Shown in pieces: positions 55,793 to 64,000 of a DNA stretch of 64,000 nucleotides. Each line of letters starts with the position of its first letter. Positions within the stretch are counted from its first letter, which is position 1. The notes beneath the pieces are model-generated. The model was given only the letters and a program-made list of their open reading frames with translations. It had not been told where the DNA came from and ran no database searches. A program made the translations under genes and the position numbers. The stretch comes from an uncultured Prevotellaceae bacterium. Its GTDB lineage: Bacteria > Bacteroidota > Bacteroidia > Bacteroidales > Muribaculaceae. The DNA lies in NCBI GenBank assembly GCA_902476295.1, contig CABSDC010000005.1, positions 779 to 64,778 on the forward strand, read 5' to 3'.

Positions 55793-56782
55793 TTAATTAA
55801 TGCTCACCACTCGTGGCTGAATAGCTGCTGGAAGCACACCGGTGTTTTGAATTATCTTCTGACCGATAAATCCGGTGAGGAAGCAATAAAAACCTTGTGC
55901 CAAACCTCCCACAGGACCTGTGCATGTCACATAGATGCTGCGATACAATGGATAGCGGGCATCATAGATATACACCTGATATGGCTTATAGCCTATCAAC
56001 TCATCGTCGCGACGCACCTTAAGCACCTTAAAGCGACTGCTCTCAAAGTCGATTGCGGTGGTGTCGTTTTGATTGAGGCGCTCCACACGTTGCTCCACTG
56101 GTTCGCTCTTACCCTTCATGTCGGCAGTAATCCAACTTACGCCCACAATACCGATGGCGTTCTTACGATTCTGAACAAGGTCAAACACAGCCTCGGTAGA
56201 ACCTTGAGCATACACATTCTTCAAAAATGGTTTGCCATTGAGCAATGAGTCGCTCATATAGCGCTGAATGCTTGAGCCGCTTGCATCAAACACCACAGCG
56301 ATGCTGTCGCGCTTTAGCTTAGTAGGTGTGATTTCACCCCACTTTGCCACCTTGCCGCTGAATATATCGCGGAGGTCTTGCATACTGAGTTCGTCTATAT
56401 CATTATCCTTGTTGACAATCAAAGCTATGGCATCCACAGCCAATCGCTGTGTGCGTGCCGGACGGTTCTTCGACTTCAGATAGTCTTTCTGGTTTTGAGT
56501 CAACTCATGCGCAGTGACTATCAAGCGTGTCTTCATCTGCAACAACGAGTCGATAGCCGATTGCTCGTCTTGATAGAATGGGATGATGCTTGCTTTAGGA
56601 TAAGTAAACTCAAACACCTCGATTTCCTGGTTCAGGATATTTTGAAATGATTGGTCGCACACAATAGAAGCCATACCACTGGTAGTAGTGTCCTCCACGC
56701 CGGTGGTCTTCGACTTACCGCACGATACCATTACAGTTGCTGCGAGCATGGCAGCAGCCATCGTAAACAAAGTCTTTCTCAT
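55793..56782 (-). CDS. PstS-like (phosphate-binding-protein fold) periplasmic substrate-binding lipoprotein
   Basis: 329 aa with the lipobox MVSCGK. The PBP-like segments are IVCDQSFQNILNQEIEVFEF.., AVDAIALIVNKDN and IGIVGVSW. Confidence 0.65.
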   Translation of the reverse strand: MRKTLFTMAAAMLAATVMVSCGKSKTTGVEDTTTSGMASIVCDQSFQNILNQEIEVFEFTYPKASIIPFYQDEQSAIDSLLQMKTRLIVTAHELTQNQKDYLKSKNRPARTQRLAVDAIALIVNKDNDIDELSMQDLRDIFSGKVAKWGEITPTKLKRDSIAVVFDASGSSIQRYMSDSLLNGKPFLKNVYAQGSTEAVFDLVQNRKNAIGIVGVSWITADMKGKSEPVEQRVERLNQNDTTAIDFESSRFKVLKVRRDDELIGYKPYQVYIYDARYPLYRSIYVTCTGPVGGLAQGFYCFLTGFIGQKIIQNTGVLPAAIQPRVVSIN

Positions 56783-56848
56783 AACAACGTCTATTTTTTA
56801 TGCGTTTAACAATAACATTTTTCTATTCAATTGTTTGCTTAGCGAAAA

Positions 56849-57067
56849 TCAGATCCGAGCATCTATTCCAGCCACATATCTATAGCAACGCCAGATTCCA
56901 TACACGATAAACAAGCTTCCCAATGAATATCTTGCCCAATTTGGCAACCAGTCAAACATCCCAAGCAGCACGAGTATACCCATGCCCACATAGATGAATA
57001 TCATAAACAGACCAAACATCACCTTGATGCTCTTTTTAGTGTCTTTTTTGTTTGCTTGTTGCTCCAT
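56849..57067 (-). CDS. Small two-TM membrane protein, unknown function
   Basis: The ORF-track entry extends to 57100. I prefer the start MEQQANKKDTKK.. at 57067. Two hydrophobic helices are evident (VMFGLFMIFIYVGMGILVLLGMF and YSLGSLFIVYGIW). Confidence 0.45.
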   Translation of the reverse strand: MEQQANKKDTKKSIKVMFGLFMIFIYVGMGILVLLGMFDWLPNWARYSLGSLFIVYGIWRCYRYVAGIDARI

Positions 57068-57382
57068 ATTAAATACTAATAATTTTCTCTTTAGCAGCAT
57101 TAAGTTTTTAGCTCTCTTCTCAATATATCACACGAGCACATACCTATGCAAAATTATTCTTTGTAAAGTTAATCAAAAATGCCGTAACAAAGTGCTTTGC
57201 CACATAACTTTTTGCACAATTTTGGTTAAGAAATTCAAAAGGCACTACACAAGGGCTGATTGCACGCAAAAGAAGCGCGAAAAAGCGATCTAAGAAGAAT
57301 TATAGACACGTTGACAAAACTAGCCCAATCTCCTATACTTTCAACCAGAGTGACACAAGTCAACATCAGCGATCACGGTGCG

Positions 57383-57413
57383 AAAAAAGGGCCACATCGC
57401 ATCGATGCAGCCC
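57383..57413 (-). terminator. Rho-independent terminator after tonB
   Basis: On the minus strand, a GGGCTGCATCG-ATG-CGATGTGGCCC hairpin with an internal 2-nt mismatch is followed by T6. Confidence 0.55.
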
Positions 57414-57444
57414 TTATTGTATAGTTAATTACGATTTATCGCAA

Positions 57445-58308
57445 TTAGTTAGCGTTTTGAAGTTTGAATTGTACTGGAAGAGTGTACCATACGTTCACTG
57501 CTTGACCATTCATACGTCCAGGGATGAAGTCTGGGAGAGACTTACATACGCGAACGGCTTCCCTATCGAGGTCGCGGTCAACCGAGCGAGCAACCTTTAC
57601 TTCACCTACCTTACCAGTCTTGGTAACAACGAATTGCACGATAACCTTACCTTGCACGTTGTTTTCCATTGCAACTGTTGGATAGTTGATGTGATCTTTC
57701 AAATACTTCATCAAAGCAGCTTCACCACCAGGGAATGTAGGCATTTGCTCTACAGCCTTAAAGACTTCTTCCTTAACTGGTTCTGGCTTCTTTTCTTCAA
57801 CGATAACCTCGTTTTTGTGTTCACGAGTGATGTTGCGGTCGTCAGTACCCTTATCGAAGTCTGTTTGACCGAAAGCAGTTTGAGTTTCCTTCAATTCATC
57901 CTGAGTCTTGATTTCGTCCTCTGAACGAACTTCCTCATCCTTAGCGATAAGAAGCTCAGTTACCTTAACGGTGTTGAGGATTTCTTCTGGGAGAGCCTCA
58001 GGCTTTTGTTCTTCAATTCTTTCTTGAGTTTCTTCTTCTTCCTCCTCTTCTTCAGCAGCAGTGTCAACGAATGCCATTTGCTGTTCAGCGGCGTCCTTGA
58101 TGCGTTGCTCTTCAATGTAGGCAGAAACCTTCAAATAAGAGAATGCAACAATACCAAGTATGAGAGCGCCAATAAGAGTATAGATGAATGCCTTCAAGTG
58201 ACGTGGCTTTGAATCCAAACGCAAAACGTAAGCGCCGAAGCTCTTGTTTCGGCCTTCAAATACCAAGTCGCACCATTCTCTTGATGTAAGATCTACATTC
58301 TTTGCCAT
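57445..58308 (-). CDS. tonB: Energy transducer TonB
   Basis: N-terminal TM anchor, Glu/Pro/Lys-rich linker (EEEEEEEETQERIEEQKPEALPEE) and the TonB_C domain EQMPTFPGGEAALMKYLKDHINYPTVAMENNVQGKVIVQFVV. Confidence 0.88.
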   Translation of the reverse strand: MAKNVDLTSREWCDLVFEGRNKSFGAYVLRLDSKPRHLKAFIYTLIGALILGIVAFSYLKVSAYIEEQRIKDAAEQQMAFVDTAAEEEEEEEETQERIEEQKPEALPEEILNTVKVTELLIAKDEEVRSEDEIKTQDELKETQTAFGQTDFDKGTDDRNITREHKNEVIVEEKKPEPVKEEVFKAVEQMPTFPGGEAALMKYLKDHINYPTVAMENNVQGKVIVQFVVTKTGKVGEVKVARSVDRDLDREAVRVCKSLPDFIPGRMNGQAVNVWYTLPVQFKLQNAN

Positions 58309-58361
58309 AATTAAATTCCTTCTTGATTTTAATAGTTCAACTAATAAACGATCTTACCAAA

Positions 58362-59033
58362 TTAGTGCTTTAGACGTTTCAACAAATATGGAGTCATCAT
58401 AGCAGAGTCGGTCGTATTGATACGGTCAATCTGATAACGGCTGATATTGTTGATTTGCATTTCATCGAGAGCAGTAACAAGGCTGGTGTAGCTTGCGTTA
58501 GGAGTAGCCTTGATGATTACAACTGGACGAGTAAGAGTAGAGTCGTTACGGATTTCCTTAGCCTTAGCTTGATAAGCCGAGTCAGAAAGTTCCTTATTCT
58601 TCCATCTTGCCTTGAGTTCGTTGATCTTCTCAAGCACTTGTTTGTTTCTCTCTTGGAATACGGCACGGATACCTTGAGCCTTACCATTTTCGTTTGGCAA
58701 GAAAGCAATTTCCTTCATATTACTTTCTACCACACCTGCGTTTTCAGAAACTTCTGGCATACCTTCGTAATAATAAACGAAATTCTTTACAGGCACTCCG
58801 TCCTTATCTAATTCACTGTCAAGAATCACTGTAATAGCCTCTGATTGCTTTACCTTGTTTTGATCTTGCTTCTCAACCTTTTCGTTAGAAGGCAAACTGA
58901 TTTGAAGAGTTTGCGACTTGATCATTGTGGTACATAGCATGAAGAATGTAATCAAAAGCATGTTCATATCCACCATAGGGGTGAAATCGACGCGTACGTC
59001 TTTTTTCTCCGAATATGTCTTTCCTTTTGCCAT
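58362..59033 (-). CDS. exbD: ExbD/TolR family biopolymer transport protein (long form)
   Basis: The N-terminal VDFTPMVDMNMLLITFFML TM motif is present. There is a 2-nt gap to the upstream exbD. Confidence 0.8.
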   Translation of the reverse strand: MAKGKTYSEKKDVRVDFTPMVDMNMLLITFFMLCTTMIKSQTLQISLPSNEKVEKQDQNKVKQSEAITVILDSELDKDGVPVKNFVYYYEGMPEVSENAGVVESNMKEIAFLPNENGKAQGIRAVFQERNKQVLEKINELKARWKNKELSDSAYQAKAKEIRNDSTLTRPVVIIKATPNASYTSLVTALDEMQINNISRYQIDRINTTDSAMMTPYLLKRLKH

Positions 59034-59035
59034 GA

Positions 59036-59737
59036 TTATTCTCCTTCAGTTTTTAGAGCTGTTAACAATGTAAACTTATTCATCTTCAAAGTCTGAAGAT
59101 TATCCATAACCACTTGAACAATAGAGTATGGAGTATTACCGTCAGCCTTGATGGCGATACCTTTACCCTGTTTGATGGCTGTTTGCAAGTTACCGTTTGA
59201 AGTATTGTATGCAGCCTTCATCCACATTTGGAATTCATTTGGTTTGCTGGCGTCTTCGTTCATGTCGATTGGAATACCGCAGTTTGGATTCTTCGCTGGG
59301 TCAACAGCCTCATCTCTTTGGTCTGGAGTCATGCTCAACCATTGAGAAAGGTTCTTGAGTGGCAAGCCAAACATATAAGTGCTACCGAACACTTGGCATT
59401 GAGCTTGTGTAAGTTCAATCTTTGAGTTTGGATTTGACTTATTGTATTCTGATACTACATTCTTCAACAATTCAACGCGCACCTTGTCGCTTGATTGAGT
59501 TGAGTCTTTATCACCCGCAAGCGACAAGAACACACGACCCTTAGTATCGACAAGCACTGTAATCAAGTTTTGTTCTGGCACCTTCTCTTCTGATACTGAT
59601 GCTGGAGTGATTACGGTGATTGGTTCTTTTTGAAGGAATGTAGAAGTCAACATGAAGAAGGTAAGCAAGAGCACAGTAACGTCACTCATCGCAGTCATAT
59701 CGATGAATGGTTTCTTTTTCTCTGTCTTAACTTTCAT
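59036..59737 (-). CDS. exbD: ExbD/TolR family biopolymer transport protein (long form)
   Basis: The N-terminal PFIDMTAMSDVTVLLLTFFML TM motif is present. Confidence 0.8.
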   Translation of the reverse strand: MKVKTEKKKPFIDMTAMSDVTVLLLTFFMLTSTFLQKEPITVITPASVSEEKVPEQNLITVLVDTKGRVFLSLAGDKDSTQSSDKVRVELLKNVVSEYNKSNPNSKIELTQAQCQVFGSTYMFGLPLKNLSQWLSMTPDQRDEAVDPAKNPNCGIPIDMNEDASKPNEFQMWMKAAYNTSNGNLQTAIKQGKGIAIKADGNTPYSIVQVVMDNLQTLKMNKFTLLTALKTEGE

Positions 59738-59790
59738 AGTTTGTTTTTACTTTTTTGTTTTGTTTCTCAATTAATATTCCTTCAATGCAA

Positions 59791-60597
59791 TTATGCCTTT
59801 GCTTCAAATACAGCGATGATGGCAGCACCTGCTTCGTTCATCTTGTAGGTGATGTCGTTGATCTTAGTATCGTAGTAGTTGTAAGCGATAACTGCGAGAG
59901 CACCAGTTGCGATACCAGAAGCGGTATTTACAAGGGCCTCAGAAATACCTTGAGAAAGTGCTGATGAGTCAGGAGCACCTGAGTTACCAAGAGCAGAGAA
60001 TGACTTGATCATACCAAGCACAGTACCGAACAGACCCATAAGAGTACCGAGAGTAGTGTTGGTGAAAATGATTGGCATATTTTGTTGCAATGTTGGCATT
60101 TCGAAGTTGATACCTTCGTCCAAAGCGTTGCGGATTGCCAATGCACGGTCTTCCTTCTTAAGTGCAGTTTCTGTAAGCATTTCTTCGTACTTGTTAACAG
60201 CGCAGAGAACAGCGTTACCGATTGCACCACCTTGCTTTGCACATACGTTCTTAGCGTCTTCTACCTTGCCAGTTTCGAGAGCCTTCTTAAGTTCTGCAAC
60301 GAACTTGTCAGTGCTCTTAGCACCTGTAGCCTTAGAAAGAGCGATGAAGCGTTCTACTGAAAGAACAACAACCAAGAACAAGAGACCCCAAATGATTGGC
60401 ACCACGAAACCACCTTCGTGTACTGTACCGAGCAAGTTTACTGGGTGACCGTTTTCAAAGTTAGAGTCAGCACCAAGTACGAATACATACATACATACTG
60501 ATGCGATGAAACAAAGGATAATTACCAAAAATGCGTTAATACCACCTTTTTTCTTAGCAGTGGCCTTAGCTGGTTTGTTAGGCTTTTGAACTTCCAT
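59791..60597 (-). CDS. exbB: MotA/TolQ/ExbB proton-channel family protein
   Basis: 268 aa with three TM segments and the conserved C-terminal LGTLMGLFGTVLGMIKSF..ISEALVNTASGIATGALAVIAYNYY. Confidence 0.88.
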   Translation of the reverse strand: MEVQKPNKPAKATAKKKGGINAFLVIILCFIASVCMYVFVLGADSNFENGHPVNLLGTVHEGGFVVPIIWGLLFLVVVLSVERFIALSKATGAKSTDKFVAELKKALETGKVEDAKNVCAKQGGAIGNAVLCAVNKYEEMLTETALKKEDRALAIRNALDEGINFEMPTLQQNMPIIFTNTTLGTLMGLFGTVLGMIKSFSALGNSGAPDSSALSQGISEALVNTASGIATGALAVIAYNYYDTKINDITYKMNEAGAAIIAVFEAKA

Positions 60598-61088
60598 AAT
60601 TAAATAATTGTTAGTTTTTTGATGATTTAAATTATTAATAGTGTTAATAGTTTTCTCTTATAACGCTGAGGCATATATTTTTATTTTACCACACCGTGAG
60701 CATTTTATATCATCAGAGTGATTATCTCTTTCATGATATCGCCAGGCAGGTCCTCATTTTTCTTCAGCCTTTGCACACCGACGCAATAATACACCATTGT
60801 ATATCAATCAGTTCGCCTCGAAACACTTTTCAACAGGTCCCTAAGTATCGCTTTCACACCGATATGCAAGTGCAAATATATTATAAATATTTCAATATCA
60901 CAAAGCGGTTTCGTGGTTTTTTTTCGGTATTTAATTGCAATTTAACATCTCTGCAACATTCCCTCAACACATTCTCGCGCCACCTTATTGTGAAATATTC
61001 ATTTTTTCGCCACCGCCATTAAAGCCGCCATATATTATATATAATGTGAAATTAGCCAAGGGTATTTTCAAGTCTTAATTATTTTTAA

Positions 61089-61096
61089 TAACTTTG
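61089..61096 (+). promoter_or_regulatory. Candidate -7 box (TAACTTTG) for the nqr operon
   Basis: TAnnTTTG match 37 nt upstream of the nqrA ATG. Confidence 0.4.
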
Positions 61097-61132
61097 TGTT
61101 CCGAATGAAATGTATAATCATAATTCAATCGA

Positions 61133-62449
61133 ATGACAACCATAAAGTTAAAAAAAGGTTATAACCTTATGCTTAAAGGGGCTATCGAGGATTACGCCAT
61201 CTCAGGCACTATCAAATCGCAAAATTACGCGATTGTGCCGGATGATTTTTCTGGCATCGTCCCTCGACTTGAGAAAAAAGAAGGCGAAACAGTAAATGCT
61301 GGCGAAGCCATCTATCACGACAAGTCGCAAGAATCAATCAAAGTCTGTTCACCAGTAAGCGGCACTATCAAGGAAATCCGCCGTGGCGAGCGCCGCAAAA
61401 TCGAGGCTATCATCATAGAGAGCGACGGCAAACAGACAAGTAACCAAATTCCAGTAACCGACGTCAAATCGGCTCTGTTGCAATCTGGTCTATGGGCAAT
61501 GTTGCGCCAACGCCCTTACGACATCGTACCAAGCCCCGAAGTGGCGCCCCGCGACATCTTCGTCACATGTTTTGATTCAGCACCGCTCGCTGCCCCATTT
61601 AGCATCTTCACAGAAGGCAATCTGGAGCACATCAAGCGCGGCGTGGCAGCACTGAAGAGCCTCACACAAGGCAACGTCTATCTCGGTTGCTCACCCGACA
61701 ACGTGATTGAATCAGACAACACTGTGGTGTTTGATGGTCCTCACCCTGCTGGCAATGCCGGCATACAGGCTGCCAACATCAAGCCTGTCAACAAGGGTGA
61801 AGTGATTTGGACTACCGACATCGTCACCGTGATAAAGATTGGCAAACTGCTTGCCACTGGCATGGTAGACTATAGCACATTGGTGGCTATCACCGGCGAG
61901 AAAGCCAACAAGCCACAAATAGTGAAGGCTATCGAAGGTGCTCCTATCCGCGACATCATCAGCGGCATCGTCACCGACGAACAGAACACCCGCATAATCT
62001 CAGGCAACGTTCTCACCGGCACACACGTGAGCATCGACGAATATCTTCGCCGTCCTTACCGCCAGATCACTGCGATCCCTGACATCAACCACCCTGACGA
62101 ATTTATGGGCTGGGCGTCTGTTAGTCCTAACAAATTCAGCATCTATCACAGCTTCACCAGTTGGCTCTTCGGTGGCAAACGAGCAAAATCGTTTGACTCG
62201 AAAATCAACGGCGGCGAACGTGCCATCGTGATGGCTGGCGAATACGACCGCATGATTCCTATGGACATCTACGCTGAATTCCTTATCAAGGCCATAATCA
62301 CATTCGACATCGAGAAGATGGAGCAACTCGGCATCTACGAGGTTGCGCCTGAGGATTTCGCACTCGCTGAGTATGCCGATACCTCAAAACTCGAATTGCA
62401 ACGCATCGTGCGCAACGGCCTCAACCGCCTATACGCCGAAATGTGCTAA
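61133..62449 (+). CDS. nqrA: Na+-translocating NADH:quinone oxidoreductase subunit A
   Basis: 438 aa beginning MTTIKLKKGYNLMLKGA. It is followed by nqrB and nqrC in canonical order. Confidence 0.9.
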   Translation: MTTIKLKKGYNLMLKGAIEDYAISGTIKSQNYAIVPDDFSGIVPRLEKKEGETVNAGEAIYHDKSQESIKVCSPVSGTIKEIRRGERRKIEAIIIESDGKQTSNQIPVTDVKSALLQSGLWAMLRQRPYDIVPSPEVAPRDIFVTCFDSAPLAAPFSIFTEGNLEHIKRGVAALKSLTQGNVYLGCSPDNVIESDNTVVFDGPHPAGNAGIQAANIKPVNKGEVIWTTDIVTVIKIGKLLATGMVDYSTLVAITGEKANKPQIVKAIEGAPIRDIISGIVTDEQNTRIISGNVLTGTHVSIDEYLRRPYRQITAIPDINHPDEFMGWASVSPNKFSIYHSFTSWLFGGKRAKSFDSKINGGERAIVMAGEYDRMIPMDIYAEFLIKAIITFDIEKMEQLGIYEVAPEDFALAEYADTSKLELQRIVRNGLNRLYAEMC

Positions 62450-62485
62450 CCCAAACATAGTAATAACTCAAAAAAAGATAATAAA

Positions 62486-63688
62486 GTGAAAGCTTTAAAA
62501 AAATTCATGGATAACATCAAGCCGAATTTCCAACCTGGCGGCAAATACGCCAAGTTGCAATCGGTGTATGATGGTTTTGAATCCTTCCTGTTCACCCCAA
62601 ATTCCACTTCGGGCAAAACAGGAGTGCAGATTCACGACAGCATCGATCTCAAGCGCACCATGATAGTTGTGGTGGTTGCCCTACTCCCAGCCATGCTATT
62701 CGGCATGTATAACGTGGGCTACCAACACTATCTCGCAATCGGTCAGAGCGCAACATTCTTCCAAACATTCCTATTCGGTCTTGCCGCAGTGCTTCCAAGC
62801 ATCGTGGTATCATACGTGGTGGGTCTGGGCATCGAATTTGTGGGTGCTCAAATCCGCGGACACGAAATTAACGAGGGCTTTCTGGTGTCAGGACTGCTCA
62901 TTCCGCTCATCTGCCCTATCAACACTCCTCTGTGGATGATTGCCGTGGCTACAGCATTCGCTGTGATATTTGCCAAGGAAGTGTTTGGCGGCACAGGCAT
63001 GAACATCTTCAACGTGGCCCTCATCACCCGCGCCGTGCTATTCTTTGGCTACCCATCTAAGATGTCGGGCGATGCCGCATTCGTAGCTACCGACTCGGTA
63101 TTCGGTATGGGCGCAGGCACACCCGTTGACTCTTACACTGGCGCTACTCCTCTCGGACAAGCCGCTATCAACACTGCCGACACTATGCAACTCACCAACA
63201 TCGTTGGCGACCCAATCTCTACATGGGACGCATTCCTCGGTTTGATTCCTGGCTCTGTGGGCGAGACTTCCACATTATTTATATTAGTGGGTGCAGCCAT
63301 CCTGCTCTTCACCGGCATCGCTTCATGGCGCATTATGCTCTCGGTGTTTGCAGGCGGATTGTGCATGGGATTCATTGCCCACACATTTGCATCACCTCTA
63401 TTCCCAACATCAATGATTGGCCCTATCGACCAACTCTGCTACGGCGGTTTCGCTTTTGCAGCCGTGTTTATGGCTACCGACCCTGTCACCGGAGCACGCA
63501 CCGATGTGGGTAAATTTATCTACGGATTCTTGATTGGCGTTTTTGCAATCCTCATTCGCATCTACAACGGCGGTTTCCCAGAAGGTGCCATGCTAGCAGT
63601 GTTGCTGATGAACGCATTTGCTCCACTCATCGACCACTGCGTGGTGAGCGCAAACATCAAACGTCGTCTCAACCGCTCTAAAGCCTAA
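62486..63688 (+). CDS. nqrB: Na+-translocating NADH:quinone oxidoreductase subunit B (GTG start)
   Basis: 400 aa, polytopic. The conserved motifs include AKEVFGGTGMNIFNVAL and the FMN-attachment region FMATDPVTGA. Confidence 0.9.
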   Translation: MKALKKFMDNIKPNFQPGGKYAKLQSVYDGFESFLFTPNSTSGKTGVQIHDSIDLKRTMIVVVVALLPAMLFGMYNVGYQHYLAIGQSATFFQTFLFGLAAVLPSIVVSYVVGLGIEFVGAQIRGHEINEGFLVSGLLIPLICPINTPLWMIAVATAFAVIFAKEVFGGTGMNIFNVALITRAVLFFGYPSKMSGDAAFVATDSVFGMGAGTPVDSYTGATPLGQAAINTADTMQLTNIVGDPISTWDAFLGLIPGSVGETSTLFILVGAAILLFTGIASWRIMLSVFAGGLCMGFIAHTFASPLFPTSMIGPIDQLCYGGFAFAAVFMATDPVTGARTDVGKFIYGFLIGVFAILIRIYNGGFPEGAMLAVLLMNAFAPLIDHCVVSANIKRRLNRSKA

Positions 63689-63703
63689 CAAAGAGGAACA
63701 ATT

Positions 63704-64000
63704 ATGAACAAACAAAGCAACACTTACACCATACTTTATTCAGCCATAATGGTTATTGTGGTTGGTGCAGCATTGGCTCTCGTGTATGGCGCATTGAAGC
63801 CAAAGCAAGAAGAAAACATCAAAATCGACAAGATGAAGCAAATGCTCACCGCAGTGCGCATCGTCACCGATAGCGATGACCAAGTGATCGACACATATAA
63901 TAAATATATACCCGAAGCTTTCGTTATCAACGAAGGCGGCGAAGTGATAAGCAACGACAAGGACGAAGCCTTCAACATCGACATGGCTAAGGAGATGAAG
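63704..64000 (+). CDS. nqrC: Na+-translocating NADH:quinone oxidoreductase subunit C (N-terminal 99 codons; runs off the window)
   Basis: Hand translation gives MNKQSNTYTILYSAIMVIVVGAALALVYGALKPKQEENIKIDKMKQML.., a single N-terminal TM. The position after nqrB fits. Confidence 0.85.
   Translation, partial: MNKQSNTYTILYSAIMVIVVGAALALVYGALKPKQEENIKIDKMKQMLTAVRIVTDSDDQVIDTYNKYIPEAFVINEGGEVISNDKDEAFNIDMAKEMK

Noticed and set aside
60696-61022. 108-aa ORF in the exbB-nqrA intergenic region
   Set aside because: It has no promoter or ribosome-binding context, its composition is unlike the neighbouring genes, and it overlaps candidate regulatory sequence. I treat it as non-coding but cannot exclude a small gene.
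1-64000. Search for CRISPR arrays, transposases, integrases, prophage, restriction-modification, toxin-antitoxin or other defence modules
   Set aside because: No candidate was found. There are no short-period repeat arrays, and every ORF over 150 aa is accounted for by housekeeping, envelope or T9SS functions or by secreted proteins of unknown function. By eye, composition looks uniform across the window, which argues against a horizontally acquired island.

Overview
Densely coding chromosomal window from a Bacteroidota genome. It is probably Bacteroidales and Prevotella-like, judged from gene content, TAnnTTTG -7 promoter motifs and a type IX secretion system (T9SS). That taxonomic call is inference only. 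I see no CRISPR array, transposase, integrase, phage, restriction-modification or toxin-antitoxin genes, so it looks like core genome rather than an island. Left to right: the end of an exopolysaccharide export locus (Wzc-like, Wza), tRNA-Gly(CCC), and a NifU-like plus GGGtGRT gene pair. Next come a minus-strand cluster (PorU-like C25 protein, DUF3078-like barrel, two unknown secreted proteins, secreted C1 peptidase), a GH84 beta-N-acetylglucosaminidase, Rex and a FAH-family protein. A second PorU followed by PorV comes next, then IspF, rplU-rpmA, a BspA-type LRR surface protein, TrmB and Mrp/ApbC. After these lie a 770-aa protein with four NPCBM-like repeats, a DeaD-type helicase, XseA/XseB, envelope genes (substrate-binding protein, porin-like OMP, M16 peptidase, cyclophilin), RuvA-SprA and two tandem S8 proteases with T9SS C-terminal domains (CTDs). 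The window ends with an ExbB-ExbD-ExbD-TonB-PstS-like-TPR cluster and the start of nqrABC. The most unusual items are the duplicated PorU-type sortase with different genomic partners, the uncharacterised NifU-like/GGGtGRT pair and the four-repeat protein with an embedded Gly-zipper. Others are a dockerin-like module in a T9SS cargo protein, three apparent single-base frame disruptions, and a 13-bp direct repeat bracketing a non-coding segment. None can be shown to be a new system from sequence alone.
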